From the IMG/VR virus record IMGVR_UViG_3300027908_000010, positions 1 to 46,687 of that record: a stretch of DNA of 46,687 bases; one strand, written 5' to 3'. Shown one piece after another: positions 15,196-22,837 of the stretch. This DNA is from a virus. The notes beneath the pieces are model-generated. The model had not been told where the DNA came from. It made no database searches and saw nothing but the letters and a program-made list of their open reading frames with translations. A program made the translations under genes and the position numbers. How positions within the stretch are numbered: position 1 is the stretch's first letter; each line of letters starts with the position of its first letter.

Positions 15196-18050
15196 GAAAA
15201 ATCATCCTCGTGGCATCGAATGCCCCTCCGGGGCCGGTGGTTCCTCCCCCGCCGCCACCGATCTTTGCGCCCTCGCTCGTAGCGCAGGCGGTGGGGACTG
15301 CGATAGTGAATTTCACCGGTACCCCTCCAAGTCCTCCACCGACTCCTAGTACGTTTACGCTGCAGTTCGGGACTTCAACCTCCGGGCCTTTCTCGTCGAT
15401 CACGCAAACAAGTCCCAACTTCAGTGAGACCGGTCTTCTTCCGAGCACTCAGTACTTCGGTCGATTGAACTACACGACAACGGAAACCCCTCCGCGCACG
15501 AGTGCATGGTCCGCATTTGCCAATGCAACGACTGGGGCAACCCCTCCAATCCAGACCGGGATTCAATGGTATCCCGGCGACTACATGGGATTGGGATTGA
15601 CGAATGATCTGCCGACGCTCTTAGGCCAAATCGATCAAGTCGCATCGACTGCTCAGTCAACCGGTGCAGATGTCACTGGCATCTACCTCATCCAGCAATG
15701 GAACTGGATGGAGTTCGCGGAAGGGGTTTACACGCAAGGTTCCGGACTCTCAGCTCAGGGCATTGCAGCGATTCAGCAGATTTTGGCGAAGTGCGCAAGC
15801 TACGGCTTTCAACTCATTCTTGGTATCACGAGCAAAGTTTTCAGCACCAGTACTATCACGACAGATACTGCAACTCCGCCGTATTTTCAGACGACCAAAG
15901 ATTCAACCGGCGCGTTGCCGCTTTATTTGGTATCCACGAACATCAGCAGTACGGGTTATCTCGCCGCAATGGCGAAGAACTATGATTCTGTAGTCACACA
16001 GCGCCGCATTGCCTGGGCGAATGCCTACGGAAAAGCTTTTGACGGCCAGCCGTTCTTCTACGGTATCCGTGATTGCGATGAGACCTCAAGCGGTCTCTAC
16101 AACGGCGATCAGAATTACAATTTGCAGGTCGGGCAAATGTGCGGGGTCAATCCTACCGGAGGCGCGGTCTCTCCGACTTGGGGGACAGGATATCGCGCAG
16201 CCTTCCCGACGAGCTATATCAGCTACACCACGAACTTCATGAATGGGACGCCGGGAGTCACAACAACCCAGTTCCAAACACTTTTCACGAACTCTATCCC
16301 GCAAGCCATCGGTCAGGGAGGCCCGGACAGTTCGGCAAATCTTTCCCAGCCGAATGACATGCAGGTTTTCAACGGATATCTGGGCGGAATCGACTACCGC
16401 CTGCGTATTCCTTTCACTCAAGAATTACAGAGCATCCGCGGCGATCAGTCGGTTTCGATGCTGTCGGTGACGAACTTTTATTCGGTGAACGGCTCCCTCG
16501 CTCTCGGTGGCCAGTGCTTCCCCTCTCACCGTCTATGGGGTGTGTTCTTTGGTTCCCTGCCTGTCGCAGGAACGGGAGGGGCAACGATCACATGGAACCT
16601 GCAGAACGTCTGTCAGTTCCTTGCGACCTCGAAACCTCCAATCAACACGGTAAAGCCGACAAGCTACGCACCGATATTCAATTACTACATCGGCCCTTCG
16701 GGCAGTGATAGCAATCCTGGCACTCAGGCGAGCCCTTGGGCGCTGACAGCCATCAACACCAAGCAATCAACCTATGCGGGAAAGTCCGTAGGAGTGCTTC
16801 CGGGAACTTACAATTGTCTCTCCCTCGTCGGTGGAAGCTATACAGGGGACTTTTCGACCCCTGCATTCTTCATAGCCGGAGGAACTGCTACCTCTCAGAC
16901 CGTCATTCAATCTACGGTTGCGTTGGGAGCCATTCTTGACGGCGGCGCGAATGCGACGAACAACCCTAATGGGCAACCGTTGATCGGCAACGTCGGAACT
17001 GGATGCCAGTACATCACGCTCGACGGTTTTGAAATCAAGAACTGCTTTAACCGGGCGGTGTCATTCGGTGTGACGACAGAGGCTTTTGGTACTCAGCCGA
17101 CTCAATTGGCATCCGGCCTTCTCGTGCAGAACAACTACGTACACACGATCACGAATACGCTGCCTGCCGCCAACACGACCGCCATTACGGTCTACTCCTC
17201 GAACGGAGCAATTGTTCAGAATAACTATGTGACCGATATCCAGGACACTACGGTGCGCGGCGATGCGATTGAGATCTGGACCTCCATCAATAGCATCGTG
17301 CAGTACAACACGGTCATTGCTCAGGGCGTTGGGATGTATGCGGGGATAGTGAACAAGAATCAGTGGAACTGGAACAATACGATCAGGTTCAACTATATCG
17401 ACCTGACTCTTGCCGGTACTGGAGCCAATCAGGGCGGCATTGTGATGGATTCCAATGGCGCTGGGTCAACGGTAGACATTGCGAACAACAACATCGTGAT
17501 TGCGGATTATCCGGTAGGCTCGTATTTGATTGTGACCGGGGCTTTTCCAGCCTCAGTTAATCAGCAACGCTGGTTCAACAATACCTTCATTGGGATTCCG
17601 AACGAAAGCAACGTCGGCTTCTACCGGTTAGGTGCCCCCGGCACGATGACGTTCTTCAACAATATCTTTGTTCGTGGAACGGTTGGGTACAGGGGAGATG
17701 TGGATATCTCAGCAAGTGCTGCTGCGCTCATGGACTACAACTGCTATCCGGCCTCTCCCAAGCTTGGGTTGACGGCAGATGGAACGCAGAATAGCCCAGT
17801 AGTTTATAACTCGACTTCTGCTTTAGGCGCGGCGCTGCCAAGTGCTTGTGTGGGCAAAGAAGCTCATTCAATCATGACCAATACGCCGGGTTTTGTAATG
17901 ACAGGAACCTTGGCAGCGCAATATCAGTTGGCGAGCGGGAGCGCCGCACAAGGCAAAGGTAGCACCACAGGAACGACTGCCGGTGTTGCTACTGACATGG
18001 GCGCATGGGGGAATGGGGCTTTGAGAATAGGTTGTAACTTTACGCCATGA
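15192..18050 (+). CDS. multi-domain tailspike/depolymerase: Pro-rich linker, FN3-like domain, TIM-barrel-like glycosidase-like region, right-handed beta-helix
   Basis: 952 aa from ATG 15192 (ATGA overlap with the upstream stop). PPPPPPP linker. FN3-like TFTLQFGTSTSG...STQYFGRLNYTT. Beta-helix rungs NNYVHTITN, IVQNNYVTDIQD, NNTIRFNYIDL, NNNIVIADY, FNNTFIG, FFNNIFVRG. Confidence 0.8.
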   Translation: MRKIILVASNAPPGPVVPPPPPPIFAPSLVAQAVGTAIVNFTGTPPSPPPTPSTFTLQFGTSTSGPFSSITQTSPNFSETGLLPSTQYFGRLNYTTTETPPRTSAWSAFANATTGATPPIQTGIQWYPGDYMGLGLTNDLPTLLGQIDQVASTAQSTGADVTGIYLIQQWNWMEFAEGVYTQGSGLSAQGIAAIQQILAKCASYGFQLILGITSKVFSTSTITTDTATPPYFQTTKDSTGALPLYLVSTNISSTGYLAAMAKNYDSVVTQRRIAWANAYGKAFDGQPFFYGIRDCDETSSGLYNGDQNYNLQVGQMCGVNPTGGAVSPTWGTGYRAAFPTSYISYTTNFMNGTPGVTTTQFQTLFTNSIPQAIGQGGPDSSANLSQPNDMQVFNGYLGGIDYRLRIPFTQELQSIRGDQSVSMLSVTNFYSVNGSLALGGQCFPSHRLWGVFFGSLPVAGTGGATITWNLQNVCQFLATSKPPINTVKPTSYAPIFNYYIGPSGSDSNPGTQASPWALTAINTKQSTYAGKSVGVLPGTYNCLSLVGGSYTGDFSTPAFFIAGGTATSQTVIQSTVALGAILDGGANATNNPNGQPLIGNVGTGCQYITLDGFEIKNCFNRAVSFGVTTEAFGTQPTQLASGLLVQNNYVHTITNTLPAANTTAITVYSSNGAIVQNNYVTDIQDTTVRGDAIEIWTSINSIVQYNTVIAQGVGMYAGIVNKNQWNWNNTIRFNYIDLTLAGTGANQGGIVMDSNGAGSTVDIANNNIVIADYPVGSYLIVTGAFPASVNQQRWFNNTFIGIPNESNVGFYRLGAPGTMTFFNNIFVRGTVGYRGDVDISASAAALMDYNCYPASPKLGLTADGTQNSPVVYNSTSALGAALPSACVGKEAHSIMTNTPGFVMTGTLAAQYQLASGSAAQGKGSTTGTTAGVATDMGAWGNGALRIGCNFTP

Positions 18051-18769
18051 TCGCGTTGCGTTCATTCGTGGCTTTTGCGACCGGGTTCAATACCACCGTA
18101 AGCCCTGGAAGCATGCCTGCGGGCTGGCAACCCGGAGATGCTTTGATCTTCTCGACCTTCGACGATCAGGCCGCTAAGACTCAGAGCACGGCAGGCGGTG
18201 GAACTGGCGGCCCTTATCCCCTTCTCTCTCAGAACACGAATGCACAAGCGTGTAATCACTGGGGGCGCTTCGCGGTGTCCGGGGATTTGGTTCCGAGCTT
18301 CAGCATGAGCGGTTCAGCGAACCAAACCTGTATCCTCTCGGCCTGGACGGGAGTGGGGACGATGGGTTCTGCTGCCGGATATGACCGCGCGACCTCATCG
18401 ACCCAGCAGATTCTGTGTCAGTTGGGCGCACCGGTTACCCCGTCCGTTCCCGGTTGCGCCATCATTGCAGGCGGCTGCCGGGTAAAGACCTCAACTGGGG
18501 ATGGAGAGAGCGCGAACATCCTCACCAATTTCACGAAACTTGCCCAGAGCATCCCGAATGGGGCGACAGTGGCTGCGGTCCTGAACTACTGGATACAGAC
18601 GACTGCCGCAGCTTTCGGCAGCAGTGCCCAGACGACGACTATCGGGGATACGGCGGGGGATACTTCGGCCTCCTACATCCTCCTGACACCCGCTCTGCCT
18701 TCCAATCCGATGGTTCCTCAGCCGAAGAAACGGCGTATCTTCCTACCCATATTTTTCCCAAGGAGCTAG
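18047..18769 (+). CDS. hypothetical tail-associated protein
   Basis: 240 aa. ATGA-coupled to the tailspike gene. Confidence 0.6.
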   Translation: MIALRSFVAFATGFNTTVSPGSMPAGWQPGDALIFSTFDDQAAKTQSTAGGGTGGPYPLLSQNTNAQACNHWGRFAVSGDLVPSFSMSGSANQTCILSAWTGVGTMGSAAGYDRATSSTQQILCQLGAPVTPSVPGCAIIAGGCRVKTSTGDGESANILTNFTKLAQSIPNGATVAAVLNYWIQTTAAAFGSSAQTTTIGDTAGDTSASYILLTPALPSNPMVPQPKKRRIFLPIFFPRS

Positions 18770-18773
18770 ACCC

Positions 18774-19235
18774 ATGATTATCGACTGTGGCCAGGCGTAC
18801 ACCGCAACCGCGGATAACCTGTCCGTTCCGACAACGCCTTCCGCGCTCGATCTTCTGCAAGTGGTCGCGGGAAGCTTCCCAGTCCTCATTACGAGGATCT
18901 ACGCGAGCTGTTCTGTTGCCCCTACGGCATTCCAGCGCATCATCGCTCTGCGCCGCTCTACGGCCTCCACAGGCGGTGGTAGCGTCACTGTGAACCCGCA
19001 GGGTGCGGGAGGGCCGGCAGCGGGCTTTACGGTGAACTCCATCTGCACGACCTTGGGTACGGCAGGAGTGAATCTCGACAACCAGATCTGGGCGCAACCT
19101 GCTCCGTATCAGTTCGACCTCACGCCGCGGGGAATTCTCATTCCGGCGAGCGGGTTTTATTCGCTCTACCTGCCGGTCGCTCCCGGAACTTCCTATGCCG
19201 CGGACTTCACCATTGAGGCCATCGAAATCAAGTAA
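18774..19235 (+). CDS. hypothetical tail-associated protein
   Basis: 153 aa. AGGAG SD upstream. TAATG junction with the next gene. Confidence 0.6.
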   Translation: MIIDCGQAYTATADNLSVPTTPSALDLLQVVAGSFPVLITRIYASCSVAPTAFQRIIALRRSTASTGGGSVTVNPQGAGGPAAGFTVNSICTTLGTAGVNLDNQIWAQPAPYQFDLTPRGILIPASGFYSLYLPVAPGTSYAADFTIEAIEIK

Positions 19236-19906
19236 TGGAATGTACAGCATTAACGCTACGGAAGTATCCGCGGCGCGCGGTGCTGCTCACCATCTTTGCG
19301 CCGCAGAAACGCTATGCGCGGCTAGAGGCGATTGGCAGTCCCTTTCGCACCCTGAATTACATGCCGGTGTTCGTTCCTCACAAGCGCCATCGGTTCGATC
19401 CGTTCCTGTTCTTCACCTCCGCGCCTCCTGCAACCTTCACCGTCCCGAATGTGGTAAATCCTGGAGGGGTTCGCCAGACACAGGCCGAGGCGATTTTCCT
19501 CCTGAATGCGGCGGGGTTTCTTTCAACTCCGATCAATTTAGCTCCATCGCTTTCCGTGCCAGTTGGCTATGTGATTTCACAGTTCCCGACCGCAGGGACG
19601 GTGGTGAGTACTCCGAGCACGCCGGTTGCGCTTCTGGTGTCTTCGGGGCCTCCTGTTCTGACGCCGGTATGGGTAAAAGCCGTAACCCAAGGTTATTACA
19701 AAGGTATCTATCGGGAGATCGGGGATATCTTCGAGCTAGACAGCTTGAGCGATCTTTCAAGCTACCTTGTCGATCAGGTTCCGGGGACAGCGGACTCCCC
19801 AGTCTATGGCTGGATGATGCAGCTTCCCGGTAATCCCATGCCTATCTTGGGCTACTCCTCTCAGCAGCGAACAGGTTCCACCATGCCACGTCGGACCGTT
19901 TTGTAA
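19235..19906 (+). CDS. PASTA-domain virion-module protein with a C-terminal QxGYY...FE mini-domain
   Basis: 223 aa. FTVPNVVNPGGVRQTQAEAIFLLNAAGFLS...VPVGYVISQFPTAGTVVSTPSTPVALLVSSGPP fits the PASTA consensus. C-terminus WVKAVTQGYYKGIYREIGDIFELD. Confidence 0.7.
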   Translation: MECTALTLRKYPRRAVLLTIFAPQKRYARLEAIGSPFRTLNYMPVFVPHKRHRFDPFLFFTSAPPATFTVPNVVNPGGVRQTQAEAIFLLNAAGFLSTPINLAPSLSVPVGYVISQFPTAGTVVSTPSTPVALLVSSGPPVLTPVWVKAVTQGYYKGIYREIGDIFELDSLSDLSSYLVDQVPGTADSPVYGWMMQLPGNPMPILGYSSQQRTGSTMPRRTVL

Positions 19907-19907
19907 A

Positions 19908-20366
19908 GTGGGCTTCTCAACCCCACAAGCCGGGGGCGGGATGATTAGGGCGGGAGCCGATATTGCCGCAGGCGATACCCGCTCTAACCTCGAAAATGCC
20001 AATGCCGAAATCGCCTCCCAGCAGGCGAAGTCTGAAATGGCCTCCGGTGCTTATGGTGCAAACCTTGCCCGGCAGCGCGGAGCCAAGATCACCGGCCAGC
20101 AGGTCTCTGCTATTGGTGCAAACAATTTACAGCAGACCGGCACACCCTCTGCTGTCGTTGCCGATACCGCAAGAGCTTCCGAACAGAACGCCCTGCAAAC
20201 CCAGAATAACGCTTTAAGACGCGCATGGGGATTTGAGGTGCAAGGAGCATCCGATAAGGTTCAAGGGGATCTTGCCGAGCAAGGAGGTATCTTGAGTGGA
20301 ATAGGCTCCTTGGCGAGTGCTGGCGGCAGTATCTACCGCTATCAGAATGCACCTTCGGGAACGTAA
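19908..20366 (+). CDS. Gly/Ala/Gln-rich hypothetical virion protein
   Basis: 152 aa. GTG start 1 nt after the upstream stop. TAATG junction with the fibre gene. Confidence 0.55.
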   Translation: MGFSTPQAGGGMIRAGADIAAGDTRSNLENANAEIASQQAKSEMASGAYGANLARQRGAKITGQQVSAIGANNLQQTGTPSAVVADTARASEQNALQTQNNALRRAWGFEVQGASDKVQGDLAEQGGILSGIGSLASAGGSIYRYQNAPSGT

Positions 20367-21850
20367 TGGCTCAACGGCTTCTTCTCAATCCCGACACTCA
20401 AGAATGGGTCTATTACGGGGATCCGCTCTACACAACCCTGCAAGCTGCGGATGCGAACTTCACAGAGCTTTATAACGCAGACGGCCTTTTGCCTATCCCG
20501 CCTGGAACCCTTTTGGGCAATGCCTCGGGTGCAGCGGCTGTACCGGCCGCTATTACAGCGTTGCCTTTGGGAGTCAGTACTGCTGGCGGCTCCCCGCCGG
20601 TTGGGACTACAGACACTCAAACCCTCACCAACAAGACGCTTTTAAGCATTGGCAGCTCCACCGTCACAACGACCGATGGGTTAACTGCGACTCTTGCCGC
20701 GAGATTCGAGGATGTCACGACCATCACGGGGTTACCTGCTGCGCCATCCATTTCTGGACCTGAAATTTTCCCCGCCGTACAGGCGGGAAGCGATGTCAAA
20801 GTAACCGCGACGCAGATCGCGGCCTTTATACGCTCCCTTGGTGGAGCTTCTCCCTTTGCGAGCTGGGGCGTACCGGTCATCCTTTTGCCTTCAGCTTTCA
20901 TCGCCAATAACGGCGTCATCGTCATCGGTCAGGCTCCTTCAGGATCAGCAAACGTCACACTGAGCGCAACAAGTGGCACAGGAGTTACGGCAACATTCGG
21001 CGCTGCAACGCTCATTGGTTCCTCAGCCGATGTAGGTCGGGTACTGACGATTTTGGACTCAAGCACGTACCGTTATTTCACGGTCACGGGCAACAGCGGC
21101 AGTTCGACCACCATCTGTCAGGGCACGATTAGCGGCGGCACGCTGGGCACGATGACCTATGCCAATAGCCTCATTTGGTTGACTGGTCCTCCTTCGGGTA
21201 ACACGACGACTTTTTCAGGTCCACTGCCGACAATCTTTGCGAATTGCTATGTGTACCTTCCGGCTGGAGCGATAGCTACAGGTATTCCCGCAACCGGAGG
21301 CGCGGTTTATTACGCTCAATTCGTTTCAACTACCGTAGGGACAGTGTTCAATAACGTACTCTCAGGCATCCCGAGCTTGATCGGCTCTCCGACGCTATTT
21401 GCGACTACGAGTCCCGGCACCGGATATGCACAGAGTCAGCTCACTCAAACGCTCATCTCCATCAATATTCCAGCAGGCTCGATGGGGAACAATGGCGCTC
21501 TCATCTTCGACATCCCAGCCTCAAGCACGGATAACTCCGACACCATTCCCATGACGGCGACTTTCGGAGGTTCGCTCGTTGCGACAAACGGAGGCGCGAC
21601 ATCCTCTGGGGGCTCGCGCGGGGTGTTCCACAGGACAATCAGGAACATGGCATCTCAAGGGATACAGAATATGTTTCCCGCTACTGCCGGGGCGGTAGCC
21701 GATTCAGCCGCATCGACGATGGACCCGACTTTCACCCTTATCGACACGACCCAGGCACAGACGTTTGCTGTGACTTCCAGGCTCTTCACTTCCGCCATGG
21801 ATTACACCGTGATTTACGGCGGACGCATAGAACTTGATTACGCCGCATGA
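20366..21850 (+). CDS. tail fibre protein 1
   Basis: 494 aa. N-terminal module YGDPLYTTLQAADANFTELY is shared with the 22838 ORF. Fibre-type TDTQTLTNKTL motif. Ser/Thr/Gly-rich beta-rich body. Confidence 0.75.
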   Translation: MAQRLLLNPDTQEWVYYGDPLYTTLQAADANFTELYNADGLLPIPPGTLLGNASGAAAVPAAITALPLGVSTAGGSPPVGTTDTQTLTNKTLLSIGSSTVTTTDGLTATLAARFEDVTTITGLPAAPSISGPEIFPAVQAGSDVKVTATQIAAFIRSLGGASPFASWGVPVILLPSAFIANNGVIVIGQAPSGSANVTLSATSGTGVTATFGAATLIGSSADVGRVLTILDSSTYRYFTVTGNSGSSTTICQGTISGGTLGTMTYANSLIWLTGPPSGNTTTFSGPLPTIFANCYVYLPAGAIATGIPATGGAVYYAQFVSTTVGTVFNNVLSGIPSLIGSPTLFATTSPGTGYAQSQLTQTLISINIPAGSMGNNGALIFDIPASSTDNSDTIPMTATFGGSLVATNGGATSSGGSRGVFHRTIRNMASQGIQNMFPATAGAVADSAASTMDPTFTLIDTTQAQTFAVTSRLFTSAMDYTVIYGGRIELDYAA

Positions 21851-22827
21851 CCGACTTTATTGAAGCTACAGGTGCACGCTACGAGACATCGGGCAGCGTG
21901 ATCTATAGAACAGAAACTTCCGTCACAGCCAGTACAGCTACGTTGCTTGCGTACTTCAAAGCCATCAGCGGACAAAAAGTGTTGAGTGGACAACATGCCT
22001 ATGATGCTCTGGGAGGAACCCAGCTTCAGCAAATCAATCAGATCATTGCCGCAACGGGACAGGCGCCGGCGATTGTCGGGGTGTTTCTTTCGCGTCCGTT
22101 CAGCTCGTTTGATGAGAGTCAATCTGTTGCCACAGCTAATTACTGGCTTTCCCAAGGTGGGCTTGTTTTCGTGTCGATCGTGCCTGGGAATCCGAGCTTA
22201 GGCCCCGTGATGGAGCCAGGAGCAAGTCCCAGCACGACAGTTAACTTTGCCAACATCCTGATTCCAGCGACCACGGAATACAATAATTGGCAAACGTATC
22301 TTGCCCAGCTCGTAACCATTTTTAAGTCCATCAATGGTCCGGTGCTGTTCCGTCCCTTTCCAGAAGTCAACGAGACGTGGGGCTGGTGGCAGTCACAAGA
22401 TCCAGGAACTTTTATCACAATCTGGCAGCAGATGCATGCCTACTTGGCTACGAATGGCGTCAATAATGTGCTGTGGGTCTATAACGTAGGGTCGGATGAG
22501 TCCAATAACACGACCTACCTTGCCACTGGGTATGTCGATATTTTGAGCCTCGATGCCTATCCGCCCAATCCCGGTAACTTTGCTCATGTCATCGGACAGT
22601 TCCAGCAATTGGGATATCCGGTCATGTATGCAGAGATGGGCATGACTCCAGGCTCCCCTACGTTCTTTGGTGATAACAGTCAGCTTCTTGCAACGGTGCA
22701 GACATTTTCTCCATCAGTTTTCGCGGTGGTCGTTTGGGATGATAATGACGCGCTGCCGAACCAAAACGGCATGGGGGCATTTATGAGCAACCCCAAGATT
22801 GTCAATCGATCTGGCTTGCCGCATTAG
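21847..22827 (+). CDS. glycoside hydrolase family 26-like (beta-mannanase-type) enzyme
   Basis: 326 aa. FRPFPEVNETWGWWQ matches the GH26 acid/base motif (hEMNG-W-FWWG). YAEMGM fits the nucleophile Glu region. Confidence 0.75.
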   Translation: MTDFIEATGARYETSGSVIYRTETSVTASTATLLAYFKAISGQKVLSGQHAYDALGGTQLQQINQIIAATGQAPAIVGVFLSRPFSSFDESQSVATANYWLSQGGLVFVSIVPGNPSLGPVMEPGASPSTTVNFANILIPATTEYNNWQTYLAQLVTIFKSINGPVLFRPFPEVNETWGWWQSQDPGTFITIWQQMHAYLATNGVNNVLWVYNVGSDESNNTTYLATGYVDILSLDAYPPNPGNFAHVIGQFQQLGYPVMYAEMGMTPGSPTFFGDNSQLLATVQTFSPSVFAVVVWDDNDALPNQNGMGAFMSNPKIVNRSGLPH

Positions 22828-22837
22828 GAAAGACATC

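Noticed and set aside
18639-19250. 203-aa antisense ORF spanning the junction of two + strand genes
   Set aside because: It is extremely Arg-rich and low in complexity. It crosses an intergenic SD region of the + strand operon. It looks like a chance open frame.
19195-19833. 212-aa same-strand ORF overlapping the PASTA gene in another frame
   Set aside because: The PASTA motif and the QxGYY mini-domain are readable only in the 19235 frame. The alternative frame is Arg/Ser/Cys-rich and has no coupling signal.
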